Of a stretch of 64,000 nucleotides of DNA, positions 29,475 through 42,300 are shown one piece after another. This DNA comes from Candidatus Undivivens industriae (GTDB taxonomy: Bacteria; Omnitrophota; Gorgyraeia; Gygaellales; Profunditerraquicolaceae): NCBI GenBank assembly GCA_012514745.1, contig JAAYZR010000025.1, positions 18,930 to 82,929 on the forward strand, in the 5' to 3' direction. Position numbers and translations under genes: made by a program. The stretch's first letter is position 1. Each line of letters starts with the position of its first letter. The notes beneath the pieces were generated by a model. It searched no databases. It worked only from the letters and a program-made list of their open reading frames with translations, and was not told the DNA's origin.

Positions 29475-29693
29475 AAATTCCGGGGGAACCTCGCAAATAC
29501 AGTGATTCTCTTTCGAGAATCCCTTGCGACCTTTCGCTCCGCTCTGTACCTTAGCCTAATCTATAACACCCTGCCCTAATTGAGAAACAGGTGTTCACCA
29601 GTGTGAAAGTATTCCCCAGCGATAGCACCTTGCCCTTATGCGGAATTGGGCAAGTGTTCCCCCGTGGGAAGCGACTTTTGCCACTGCAAAATT
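29475..29693. repeat. Composite element, copy 2 (about 60 bp extra internal sequence, right end missing)
   Basis: 29475-29563 matches 29240-29328; 29628-29690 matches 29336-29398 with one substitution. Confidence 0.8.
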
Positions 29694-29698
29694 CGGGT

Positions 29699-30919
29699 TC
29701 AATGCACCAGTTCCGTTATCTGGAATATGGGAAGGAGAACGGAAAGGACTATTGTCCCCAGTATCGCCCCCATCCCGAGTATAAGCATCGGTTCAAGCAA
29801 AGAAGAAACGAGCGCTATATCGGATTCCACTTCCTGGGTATAGGAAGACGCCACCTCGTCGAGCACCTCGGACAGCCTGCCCGACTCCTCTCCGACGGCT
29901 ACCATCCTGGTGAAAAAAACCGGCAGGTCCGTGTAATTCTGCAGGCATTTGGCGATGCTCTGCCCGGAGGCTATGTCCCTCCCCGCCTTTGCCAGCCCTT
30001 CCTTCAACCTGTTGTCCTCCACGGTGAGCGTCGCGATATCCAGCGACTTCAGCGCGGGGACGCCGCTTTTTAAAAGCAGGCTCAACCCGCTGGCAAAATA
30101 CGCCAGTTCCTGATTCATTGCCATCCTTTTCAACAGCGGCACGCGCCGTTTCAATCTGGTGGCCGTGTCGCGAAAAAAACGGTTGCCCTTCACGCGCAGC
30201 AAAAGCAGGATCCCCGCCGCGCATCCGATCACTACCGCGGGCCACCACTTCCGGCTGAAATCGCTTACCCGGAAAATAACCCCTGTTATGAAAGGGAGCT
30301 TCCCTCCCATGCCGGAAAATACCGGTTTAAGGCTGGGGAGCACGTAGTTTATGAGAATGAATATGCTGACCGCTCCGACTATCAGCAGGACGGCCGGATA
30401 CGCCAGAGCGGTCTTGACCTTATTGGACAAGGCGGCGTCCCTGCCCATAAATCCGGCTATCTGCTCGAAACTCAAGTCAAGCCTTCCGCTGGTCTCTCCG
30501 GCCTTGATGATGTTGATAAAAAGCGGAGAGAAGTATTCCGGATAAACGGCAAGGGCCGCGGAAAAAACCTTCCCTTCCTTGACGCTGTTATAAAGTCCCT
30601 GCACGACTTCGCGCATCTTCTGATTATCGGTCTGCTCGTAGATTATCTTGAGACTGGCGAGCAGTTCCACCCGCGCGCGTATAAGCGTGGTAAGTTTCTT
30701 GGTGAAGATATGGATGTCGGCGGGAGAAACGCGTTTATTCATCAGCCAGGAGCCGGCGGAGTTCCGCGATTTTGCTTCCGGCGGAAGCTCGCGTATAGAG
30801 ATAGGGAAAAGTTCTGCGGCGATAATTTTATTCAGCGCCTCGGCTTCGCTGGAGGATTCGATCACGCCTTCTACATGTTTGTCCAGCCCGCGCTTGGCTT
30901 TATAGGCGAACTTGGGCAT
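29699..30919 (-). CDS. gspF: T2SS/T4P platform protein GspF/PilC
   Basis: MPKFAYKA, FTKKLTTLIRARVEL, IKAGETSGRL, ALAYPAVL, MVAVGEESGRL, LLEPMLI, SVLLPIF. Confidence 0.92.
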   Translation of the reverse strand: MPKFAYKAKRGLDKHVEGVIESSSEAEALNKIIAAELFPISIRELPPEAKSRNSAGSWLMNKRVSPADIHIFTKKLTTLIRARVELLASLKIIYEQTDNQKMREVVQGLYNSVKEGKVFSAALAVYPEYFSPLFINIIKAGETSGRLDLSFEQIAGFMGRDAALSNKVKTALAYPAVLLIVGAVSIFILINYVLPSLKPVFSGMGGKLPFITGVIFRVSDFSRKWWPAVVIGCAAGILLLLRVKGNRFFRDTATRLKRRVPLLKRMAMNQELAYFASGLSLLLKSGVPALKSLDIATLTVEDNRLKEGLAKAGRDIASGQSIAKCLQNYTDLPVFFTRMVAVGEESGRLSEVLDEVASSYTQEVESDIALVSSLLEPMLILGMGAILGTIVLSVLLPIFQITELVH

Positions 30920-30920
30920 G

Positions 30921-32612
30921 TTATTCCCTTCCCCACTCTACCACGCGCAGCAGCTCTTCCGGAGTTGTCTGTCCCAGGCGGACCTTTTCCAACCCGGCTT
31001 TCTTCAACGTGGTCGCCCCCAACTCCAGGGCCTTGGCCTTGATCTGCGATGCGGAAGCTTTATTCAGGATAAGGGAACGTATCTCTTCATCCACGAAGAA
31101 TATCTCATGGATAGCGGTGCGGCCTTTATAGCCGATGAATTTGCAAAGTTCGCACCCCTTGCCGCGGTATATCTTCATATCGCGGAATTCCTCCGGGAGC
31201 GCCCCTTTATCCTTGACTTCCTCCTTGCAAGCCGGGCAGATTACCCGGACAAGACGCTGGGAAATAAAGGCGTTTACCGAAGAAGCGACGAGATACGGTT
31301 CTATGCCTATATCAAGCAGCCTGGTCGCTCCGCTGGCCGCGTCGTTGGTATGCAGGGTGGAGAAAATCAGGTGGCCCGTCAAAGAAGTCCTTATGGCGAG
31401 TTCCGCCGTTTCCAGGTCCCTGACCTCTCCGACCATCATTATGTCCGGGTCATGCCTGAGTATGCTGCGCAGGGCGTTGGCGAAAGTAAACCCTATCTCC
31501 GGCTTGATCTGGATCTGCATCACGCCGCCGAGCTCGTATTCGATAGGGTCCTCTATGGTTATGATCTTCACAGCTTCTTTGTTGAGTTTGCTGAGGCAGG
31601 CATACAAGGTGGTGGTTTTTCCGCTGCCGGTGGGGCCGGTCACAAAGATTATCCCGTGCGGTTTCTGCATCATGGTCTCTATTTTCTTCAGGTCTTCCGG
31701 GAAGAAACCGAGGTCATCCAGGTTGAAAAGCAGCTGCACCGGCAGGATCCTTATAACCACGTTCTCCCCGTATATGGAGGGGATAATCGAGATACGCAAG
31801 TCCACCTGGCGGTCCTGTATCTTGATGATCGCCCTGCCGTCCTGGGGAAGCCGTTTTTCCACCACGTTCAGGTTGGAGATTATCTTTATACGCGAGACGA
31901 CGGCGGAATGCAGATGTTTGATCGCCTCCGGCACGCGCATATCATATAAAATACCGTCTATCCTGTATCTAACCCGCACGTAATCGCGGAATGTTTCCAG
32001 GTGTATATCCGTGGCCCTGGCGTTGACCGATTCCGAGAGGATCTGGTTGACCAGCTTTATGACCGAAGCGTCCTCGGCGGTCTTGCCCATATCCCCGATA
32101 TCCTGTATCTCCTCCAGCGTTTCGTATCTGGATTGTTTGCCTTTGCCGGTTTTTTCCTGAGTGAGGATCTCCTCCACGGTATCCGCGCCGACCCCGTAAT
32201 AACGTTTTATGCCGGCGAGGATCTCTTCCTGCGTGGCCAGCACTCTTTCGATGTCGAATCCAAGATGCAGCTTTAGATCTTCCAGAAGCCAAACCGCCAG
32301 GGGATCGGAGACGGCGACGGTAAGGACATTCCCTTTCAGTTTTACCGGCATGAATTTGTAATGCTGGATGAACTTCGGGGACACGGCGTTGATGACTTCC
32401 TGCGGAATATCAAGCTGCTGAAGACTGGGATAATACGGGATACCCAGCTGCTCTCCCAGCGCCATAAGTAATTTCTCCTGGGTCACAAGCTTCATGCGAA
32501 GCAGGGTTTTACCGATCAATTCTCCGCTGATGCGGCTTTCCTTGAGAGCGCGCTCCAACTGCTCGCGGTTGAGCAGCCCTCTCTGCACCAGAAATTCCCC
32601 TATCTTGGTCAT
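30921..32612 (-). CDS. gspE: T2SS/T4P assembly ATPase GspE/PilB with N-terminal MshEN-like domain
   Basis: ATDIHLE, RLPQDGR, GPTGSGKTTTLY, TIEDPIEY, LRHDPDIMMVGEVRD, TGHLIFSTLHTN, CPAC/CELC zinc motif. Confidence 0.93.
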   Translation of the reverse strand: MTKIGEFLVQRGLLNREQLERALKESRISGELIGKTLLRMKLVTQEKLLMALGEQLGIPYYPSLQQLDIPQEVINAVSPKFIQHYKFMPVKLKGNVLTVAVSDPLAVWLLEDLKLHLGFDIERVLATQEEILAGIKRYYGVGADTVEEILTQEKTGKGKQSRYETLEEIQDIGDMGKTAEDASVIKLVNQILSESVNARATDIHLETFRDYVRVRYRIDGILYDMRVPEAIKHLHSAVVSRIKIISNLNVVEKRLPQDGRAIIKIQDRQVDLRISIIPSIYGENVVIRILPVQLLFNLDDLGFFPEDLKKIETMMQKPHGIIFVTGPTGSGKTTTLYACLSKLNKEAVKIITIEDPIEYELGGVMQIQIKPEIGFTFANALRSILRHDPDIMMVGEVRDLETAELAIRTSLTGHLIFSTLHTNDAASGATRLLDIGIEPYLVASSVNAFISQRLVRVICPACKEEVKDKGALPEEFRDMKIYRGKGCELCKFIGYKGRTAIHEIFFVDEEIRSLILNKASASQIKAKALELGATTLKKAGLEKVRLGQTTPEELLRVVEWGRE

Positions 32613-32623
32613 TTACTCCCTTT

Positions 32624-34885
<2,262 letters not shown>

Positions 34886-34889
<4 letters not shown>

Positions 34890-36370
34890 CCCCGGTTCTC
34901 CTGATCCCGGAGCGAAGAGAAGAACTCCTCGATCTCCGCGTCCAGGGCGGTTTTTATTTCGTCGCTGAGATCGCGCTTGGAATCCAGGAGTCCGGCGAGC
35001 TCCGAATCCGTGTCCGTCAGATAAGTGAAAAATCCCTCTTTGAACGCCTTGACTTCTTGCGCGCCGCGTTTTTCCAGGGCGCCGCTCTTAAGGGCGTAGA
35101 AAGTCACGATCTCCTCTATCGTCGAGACCGGCCTGCCGTTCTCCTGGGTGAGAAGCTCCCTCAATATCTCGCCGCGTTTCATCTGGCGCATGGCCTCATC
35201 GGAAAGTTTGGTCCTCAACCTGGTCAAGCGCAGCAATTCCCGGTATTGCGCGTATTCCAAACGCAGCCCGCCGCTGACCTTTTTTACCGCGGGGCACTGC
35301 ACCTTGCTTCCGATACGGGAGACGGAAAGCCCCATGTCTATGGCCGGCTTGAAACCTTCGTGAAAAAGCGACGCGTTAAGATAAACCTGCCCGTCGGTCA
35401 TGGAAACGAGGTTGGACTGCACGTAACCGGTGATGTCGCCCTGCAGGGTGGAAACGATCGGCAGAAAAGTCATGGTCCCGCCTCCGTGTTCCGGTTTGAG
35501 CTTGCCCGCCCTTTCCATAAGCTGCGAATGGATATAAAAGATATCTCCCGGATAAGCCTCTCTTCCGGGCGGGCGCTCCAGCAGAAGCGACATCTGCCTG
35601 TAAGCCCAGGCGTGCTTTATGAGATCATCGAATACCACCAGCACATCGCGGCCATGGAACATAAAATATTCTCCGATGGCGGAGGCGGAATACGGGCAGA
35701 GATATTGTTCCGCCGAGGATGTGGCGGCGGTCGAAGCCATCACAATGGTATAATCCAGCGCGTCCTTCTGCGCCAGAAGCGAGACAGCGCGTTTGAGGCT
35801 GGTATAGCTGCCGCCTATGCAGACGTATATACAGACGACGTCTTTGCCTTTCTGGTTTATGATGGCGTCTATGCCGATGCTGCTCTTTCCGGTCTGGCGG
35901 TCCCCTATCAGCAGTTCCCTCTGGCCTTTGCCTACCGGAATGGCCAGATCGATGATCTTGATGCCGGTCTCAAGCGGATCTACGACCGGGTCACGCTCTA
36001 TAACTCCCATCGCCTCGCGGAACACAGGGTAGTGCTCGGACGCGGTTATCACGCCTTTATCATCGAGAGGCCTGCCGGCGCAATCCACTACCCTTCCCAG
36101 GTAACCGTCCCCCACCGGGACGGTCAATAACTCGGAACGGCTGACCAGAGTATCCCCCATCCTGATATTGCTGTCGTCTCCCAGGGAAACGATAAGCACC
36201 GACTCGGGGTTAAAACCGAGTATCAACCCCTTGGTCCCGTTGGAGAGATCCACAAGCTGGCCGTAAATACAGGAAGGCAGTCCCGATGCCATGACTATAC
36301 CCTGGCGCACCTCCTGCACCCGTCCTACTTCGCTGATGTCCAGATTAGGTATATGCGGTTGATTGCTCAT
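34886..36370 (-). CDS. atpA: F1-ATPase alpha subunit (short N-terminus)
   Basis: PVGKGQRELLIGDRQTGKS, VFDDLIKHAWAYRQMSLLLERPPGREAYPGDIFY, SMTDGQ, GLSVSRIG arginine finger. Confidence 0.92.
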
Positions 36371-36432
36371 GCTGTTCCTTAAGCAGCCCCGAAGAATGGG
36401 GCAGAATGATGTCCGCGGGGAAAAAGAAAACG

Positions 36433-37161
36433 CTATTTGCCCGGGCCGTTCTTGAGAAAAGGTATGACCTTGCGTAATTTATTCCTGAGACTGGCGTCTA
36501 TCACCAGGTCTCCGGTCTGAATCACTATACCGGTGATCAAATCCGGGTCCACATCTTCGTTTATTTCGACATCCGTCTTCATCTTGCGCGAAAGCAGGTC
36601 TTTCAGCTTCGCGCGCTCTTCTTCCTCCAGCGGGCAGCTCGAGGATATCCTCACCGAGCCTGTGCCAACCGAGAACTTCTCTTCGTCAAGTCCCTCTATC
36701 TCGCCGGTGATCTCTTTTATGATCTGCCTCTGGAGACTGCTTCTTCCATCGCCGCTGAAGGCGTACCTGATCATCTCCGTGGCCAGAGCTATTGCCTTTT
36801 CTGCCGTCTGAGATTCCATGCTCTGCCGGAGCTTATCCAGTTCTTCCTTACCGTGCAGAACGGCCTTGCGGCTGTTCTCCCTGGCCTGCTCTTCGGAGTG
36901 GGCAAGGATGCTTTCCGTCTCTTTCTTGGCCGCCTCGACCATGCTTTTCGCCTCCTGCCTGCCTTTTTCGACCTCAGCGATCCTCTCCGCCTTGGCTTTC
37001 TCCAACTCCTCCCGCAGCGCGGCTTCCTTCATCAGCGCCTTTTCGTTAAGATCGCGCAGGCGCCGCAAAGCGGAATTAAGATGGTTGTAGAAAAGGAACC
37101 GCAGTATGAATATCAATCCCACGAAAGTCACGATCTGTATCAAGGCCAGCTGAAGAAGCAT
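36433..37161 (-). CDS. atpF: F-ATPase b subunit fused to delta C-terminal domain
   Basis: QIVTFVGLIFILRFLFY TM, long charged helix, then delta/OSCP-like VRISSSCPL...VDPDLITGIVIQTGDLVIDASL. Confidence 0.82.
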   Translation of the reverse strand: MLLQLALIQIVTFVGLIFILRFLFYNHLNSALRRLRDLNEKALMKEAALREELEKAKAERIAEVEKGRQEAKSMVEAAKKETESILAHSEEQARENSRKAVLHGKEELDKLRQSMESQTAEKAIALATEMIRYAFSGDGRSSLQRQIIKEITGEIEGLDEEKFSVGTGSVRISSSCPLEEEERAKLKDLLSRKMKTDVEINEDVDPDLITGIVIQTGDLVIDASLRNKLRKVIPFLKNGPGK

Positions 37162-37220
37162 CTGCTTCGCTCCGGGTTAAAGTCCCGGCCAGGCCCATTA
37201 CGGGGCCCGGCGCCGGGATG

Positions 37221-37430
37221 TCATTTAAAAAGATTGAATACTATAAGCAGGGCGATGACGGCGATCGCCTCCGCGAATAAAAAAGCGCTGATCATGGCCA
37301 GCATGACCCTCGGGGTGGCGGAAGGATTACGCCCTATGGCCTGGACGGAAGCATACCCCACAAAGGCTATTACAAGGGCGGGCCCCAGGGTGCTCAAGAA
37401 CATTATCAGGAGTATGGTCAGGTTACGCAT
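37221..37430 (-). CDS. atpE: F-ATPase c subunit (proteolipid), atypical glycine motif
   Basis: 69-aa helical hairpin, GRNP loop, conserved Glu in FAEAIAVIAL. Confidence 0.85.
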   Translation of the reverse strand: MRNLTILLIMFLSTLGPALVIAFVGYASVQAIGRNPSATPRVMLAMISAFLFAEAIAVIALLIVFNLFK

Positions 37431-37435
37431 AATAT

Positions 37436-37687
37436 CTATCCTTCCACAAGGATATCCAGAGAATTGTCCTGCAGAGCCGCGACCCCGTCCTTTATGAAAA
37501 TATTACGTTCCTGTCCCGGCATAGCGGAAGAGGCCGTTCTCAGCTTGACGTACCCGCTGCGCAGACGATACAGAAAAGGCTGGTGAAAATCGAGCACGCA
37601 AACCTCTCCGTCGCAGCCGGGAAGGATGACTTCTTTCGCCTCGCCCTCGAAAAGCTTCTCGTAAATGGTCAAAACCCTGGTCTTCAT
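37436..37687 (-). CDS. atpC: F1-ATPase epsilon, N-terminal beta-sandwich only
   Basis: VLTIYEKLFEGEAKEVILPGCDGEVCVLDFHQPFL..LRSG..FIKDG; 83 aa with no C-terminal helices. Confidence 0.8.
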   Translation of the reverse strand: MKTRVLTIYEKLFEGEAKEVILPGCDGEVCVLDFHQPFLYRLRSGYVKLRTASSAMPGQERNIFIKDGVAALQDNSLDILVEG

Positions 37688-37699
37688 GCCGTATGCGCG

Positions 37700-38497
37700 T
37701 TATTTGAACAGATACGCCTTCCAACGCTCACCCATATCCGTCATATCCCTGAATCCGTATATCTCCATAAAGAACGTTCTCCAGTCATTGTTGAGCTTAT
37801 TATCCCTTAGGGCCCTGCAAAAATCAATGAATTTCTCCTTCCCGTATTCCTGAATCAGGAATTCTACCACCGCCGCGGACTCCGCGTAGAAAACCTCCGG
37901 CATGAACAACCCGGGTTTGGTTATTTCCGTCAGTTTATCCAGATGAATGAACATGCTGGTCTTCACCAGCACCCGGGCTATCGCCGTGTATTGTCCGCCG
38001 TCTTTCTCCTGCGAACAGGCGATACCTTCGTCCAGCCATAAAGGAAGACGGCGGTCGTAGCCCACGAACTCCCTGAAAATAAGATGGGTCATTTCATGCG
38101 GCAGGGTGGTGTCCAGGAAACTCTTGGCGTAGAAAAAGGTGTCGATCCTGCGTTTGCGGACATTGGCGATGCCCCCCGACCAATGCGGCTGTTTGGTGCC
38201 GGCGAGATAGTCTTCCCGGGAAGGATAAAGATTAATGGTGCAGGCGTTGTCCCAGGTCCAGAAATTGAAACGCCGGAAACCCAGATTCTCGGTGATACTA
38301 TCGTAGTATTTCTCGGCCTTTTCAAGGACCTCGTCAACATAATGCTCCGGGTCGGACTTGTAATAGACCTTGAAATGCGTGCTTTTCTTTACCTGCCAGA
38401 GCTCGTTCGCCTCCCCGCGCCGGACAGGTAAAAGGAAGAAGGAGATCGGGATCAAAAGCGCCAAGAAGGGGCTTAGCGATCTATGGAGACACTGCAT
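37700..38497 (-). CDS. Secreted gluzincin (peptidase MA-like) metallopeptidase
   Basis: Signal-like N-terminus (start placed at MQCLHR), STHFKVYY, WSGGIA, LPHEMTHL, PLWLDEGIA, FYAES. Confidence 0.8.
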   Translation of the reverse strand: MQCLHRSLSPFLALLIPISFFLLPVRRGEANELWQVKKSTHFKVYYKSDPEHYVDEVLEKAEKYYDSITENLGFRRFNFWTWDNACTINLYPSREDYLAGTKQPHWSGGIANVRKRRIDTFFYAKSFLDTTLPHEMTHLIFREFVGYDRRLPLWLDEGIACSQEKDGGQYTAIARVLVKTSMFIHLDKLTEITKPGLFMPEVFYAESAAVVEFLIQEYGKEKFIDFCRALRDNKLNNDWRTFFMEIYGFRDMTDMGERWKAYLFK

Positions 38498-38507
38498 AAG
38501 CGCTCTT

Positions 38508-39251
38508 TCATACCGCCGGTTTGCCGTCGTCCTGCTGAGAGGCGTTTTCTTTATCTTCGGAGGTCTCACGGCTCTCTTCGCCGAAAGTGGGCGTGGAGAT
38601 TACTTTGATCTGCGTCTGCCAGATAAAGTAGGAAGCGATTCCGATGAATCCGAGGAACAGTATTATTATCAGGATCAGTCTCCAGACCGCGGCAGCGGGA
38701 ACCGGTTTGGCCTGGGCGAGCAGTCCTCTGGCCGTGGACAGGTCCTCTTTCGCCGATTCCATCAGACGCTGGTTATCGCGGAACAGGGAGATGTGTCTTT
38801 CCGGGTTTACCGACTCGACTTTCTGGTTCTCCTCAATCATCTTGAGTTTGCGTTCGATGTTTTCTTTCAGAAAATTCACCCTCTCCCGAAAGTCCGTTTC
38901 CGCCAGCAGTTTTACCGTCTTATCGAGTTCAGAACGCATCGACTCTATCTCAGCCGCCGGGACCATCCAGACATCCATCATCTCTATTTCCCGTTCCACG
39001 CTCTCGCCCGGCGCCAGTTCATACTGACCGTAAACGAAATAAGACCCCTGCTGGTTGTCGTAACCCACTTCCAGGTCGCCTCTATCTATGATATGCTCCG
39101 GTTTGACTTCCTTGGGCAGATATACCTTGATGGGGACCGACTGCTTCTCGGTCTTGGAAGGGTTGAAAGCCATGGCCTTCAGGACTATGCCCGCGTGAGC
39201 GTCCGCGGCGCAGGCGAATAGGAAAAACAACAGGATGAATATCTTCTTCAT
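38508..39251 (-). CDS. Hypothetical type I membrane protein (signal peptide, beta domain, coiled coil, C-terminal TM)
   Basis: MKKIFILLFFLFACAADAHA signal; WRLILIIILFLGFIGIASYFIW TM; purine-rich RBS. Confidence 0.7.
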   Translation of the reverse strand: MKKIFILLFFLFACAADAHAGIVLKAMAFNPSKTEKQSVPIKVYLPKEVKPEHIIDRGDLEVGYDNQQGSYFVYGQYELAPGESVEREIEMMDVWMVPAAEIESMRSELDKTVKLLAETDFRERVNFLKENIERKLKMIEENQKVESVNPERHISLFRDNQRLMESAKEDLSTARGLLAQAKPVPAAAVWRLILIIILFLGFIGIASYFIWQTQIKVISTPTFGEESRETSEDKENASQQDDGKPAV

Positions 39252-39380
39252 ATCGATCCCCCCTTCAATTCAAAATATCGCTCCATAGCCTATCGCGCTT
39301 GTTATGGATAAAACAACCGCTATTGCTAAAACATTACGGATTCTTCCGGTATTTACTATGGACAACGAGCCGGACCGCTG

Positions 39381-42300
39381 CTATTTAAACTCGAACCACG
39401 TCTGAGTGACGGGTTTATTGGCGATGTTGTCTATCATCTTCTGGTTGATGTCCATTACCGCCTTCAATTCCTGGGTTTTGTTCTTCAAATAGGTCATATC
39501 GCTCTTTTTCTCTTCGTTGACCTCCAGAAGCTTTTCCAGGCTGACGTTCTGTTCCGTGCTGACTTTCTTCAATTCCCTGCCGATATTTACCAGCTGCATG
39601 TAAACCGAATTGATATCGGTAGCGCTTCCCGCCACCTCCTTGACCTGATCTACAAGGTCTTTGCTGATCTTGCCCAGGGCCGACTCTATCACGGCGAACT
39701 GGCTGCTGAGAGTATCGGCGACTTTTGAAAAGTTATTCAGGCCGGATGTGGTGCCGAGCACGGCGGAGACCTGCCCGGCTATCTGCTCGATGTCCGAACG
39801 GATCACCGAAATGATCATCGCGTCCAGAGAGCCGTATGTGGATTCCGAACAAACGACTGTAAAATCACCCCTGCCCCAGCCGGAAGAGACGGTAATGGTG
39901 TATTCGTAGATACCTCCGGAGACCTCGGTCATCACGCCTTTAGACACGCGCTGGACGTTATTCGGGTCGTAGAAGTCCACCGTCGGCTGGACCCCCGGGT
40001 ACGTCCGGTAACGCACCACCAGGTCCGTGCCGCTCCTGACCGAATTCTCCCGGTTCAATATCTCCGATCTTATGTCCGTTTCCTGCTGCCGGCGCTCCTC
40101 CTCTATCTTCTCGGGGATGTCGGTCTCGGTGGCGGTGAGTATCCTGGCGGTATCCTCCCTTATCTCCTCCTTGGCCTGAGTGATCTTCTGCGGTATGTCC
40201 TGCGTGACCTGTGACTGAATGGTCGCGGTCTGCGTCTGCAGGTTTTGCAGTATGGCCGTCTGGCCCTTGGCGGTCAATTCCGTCGTTACGTCTATCGAAG
40301 CCCCGGAATTGTAAGTGCTGCCGCGGAAGACGACCGTGGATTTGACGAAATAAGTCTTGCCGGAAGTAAGGCCGGTATCGGCCCAGGTGAACCAGAAGGC
40401 GCCGTTGCCGTCCGGCGTGCCGGAGGTCAATGTCTTTATCAACGTTTCCCCGTCGTAAACGCTTAAGGTCGCGGAAGTGAGATCCGCCCTGTCGATGTCG
40501 TTCAAGCCCACGATCTTTCCCCTTCTTTCCAGCCAGGAAGAGGCGCTGATGGTATCGGTGGCGGAGTTGTAGGCCGTGGAAAGCAGGACGTGCCACTCGA
40601 TCTGCGCGCTTATGGAATTTTCCAGCAGGAGCGTGATGCTTTTATTGCCGTCGGCTATCCAGTCCGTGCTTCTTTCTATATAACCCTCTTTCGACCAGAA
40701 GGTGGTGTAATGCCCGTAGGGATACTCCTGCGTGACCGGACAGATAATGGTAGCGCTGGGGTCGGACCACCAGGTATCCCTGACGCTGAGGTTCTGCAAA
40801 TTATCCATATTATCGTAATCCTTGACCATCCAGGTGATCCGGTAATAGATGATGTTGAAAGAAGGCGATACGGAATAGACGGTGTCGTCCGTCGGGTCGG
40901 AAACCTTGAGCAACGCCTTTTGCCCGTGGTAATCCGGAGGCGCCCAGGTATAGACGCCGGTATTTGGAGTGCTGGTAACTATGGTCGTCCAGGTGTTCCC
41001 GGCATCCACGCTGTAATCAAGCTTGACGTTGGGGATCTGCCCTCTGGTCTGCCAGGTGACGGAGCGCGGTTCGTTAACCGCCCAATCGATGTTCGCCGCA
41101 GGATAGGTTATATTGAATCCGCCGCGTATCCTGAAATTGTTGTTTGAGGCGTCCGAGATAACGGTGCGCGTGGGATCATATATCTTTATCTTCAGGGTAT
41201 TGACGCAGATGGTGTCGTCCGGGATCACCCAGTTGTAACTGCCGGTATTAGGCGCCCCGGTCTTTATGGTGTGCGTGGTGGCGAAATTATCGGAAGAATA
41301 AACTATGGTCAGCGGATTGATCGACAACCCTTTGCTGGTCCAGGTGATGTTCACGCTGTCTCCTACGACATACTCCTCTCCGCCGTTGGGAGAAGTAACG
41401 GCGATCTGCGGATATTGCAGGACGTTGAATGCCTCCGAGGTGGCAATCGTCGCCGGCCGGTTGCCGTCCACGATGCGGATCTTCATATTGTTGGTCGGTT
41501 CGTCCGGCACGCTCCAGTTATAGCTGCCGTCGTTCGCCTCGCCCACACCTATCGTTTCTAAAGTGATGAAGTTATCGGTGGAATACTGCAGCAGCAGATT
41601 ATCGCTGACCGCACCCTCGGAGACCCAGGTGATGACCGCCGGGTCTCCTACAGCCCAGGAAGTGGCGGAGACCGGAGCGGTAATGGTTATCTTGGGATAA
41701 TCGATGATGAATGCGGCGTCCGAATGATCGACTGTGGTGGCGCGCTGGTTGTCGGTTATCCTCACCACGGCGTTGACGGAATAATCCTCGGGAATGGTCC
41801 ATTCGTAAGAGCCGCTGTTGGGGACCCCGCCGGATATCGGTTTCCAGTTCGAGCCGCCGTCCACGGAGTATTGAAGCACAAGGTTGTTGCTCAAGGGGCC
41901 GCCGTTATCGTGCCAGGTGATATTGTGTTTGGTTCCTATCCTCCACCTTTCGCCTCCGTTGGGGGAATCGATGGTAACCACCGGGAACGGCAGGATCGAA
42001 AAACCGGCGTTGGACTTATCCGTTATCTGGGGGACGGAATTGTCGGTGATCCTGACCCTCAAAACGGTAGAAAGGACTTCCGGGACGCGCCAGATATAGA
42101 CCCCGGTGTTGGCTACGTTATCCGCGATCTCGTTTATGTCCAGCACGAAGTTGTCGCGGGAATACTCGATCTTCAGGCTGTTGCTGACCGTCCCCTCCGT
42201 GGACCAGGTGATGTTCTCGTTGTCGGTGACCACGAGGATTTCCCCGCCGTTCGGCCGCGTAACCGTGATGATGGGATACGCTATGGAAAAGACGGTGTCG

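Noticed and set aside
24799-32612. Retractile type IVa pilus
   Set aside because: The major pilin is clearly GspG-type and no PilT is present in the window, so it is called T2SS-like despite PilM/N/O-like platform proteins. GspH and the prepilin peptidase were not seen here.
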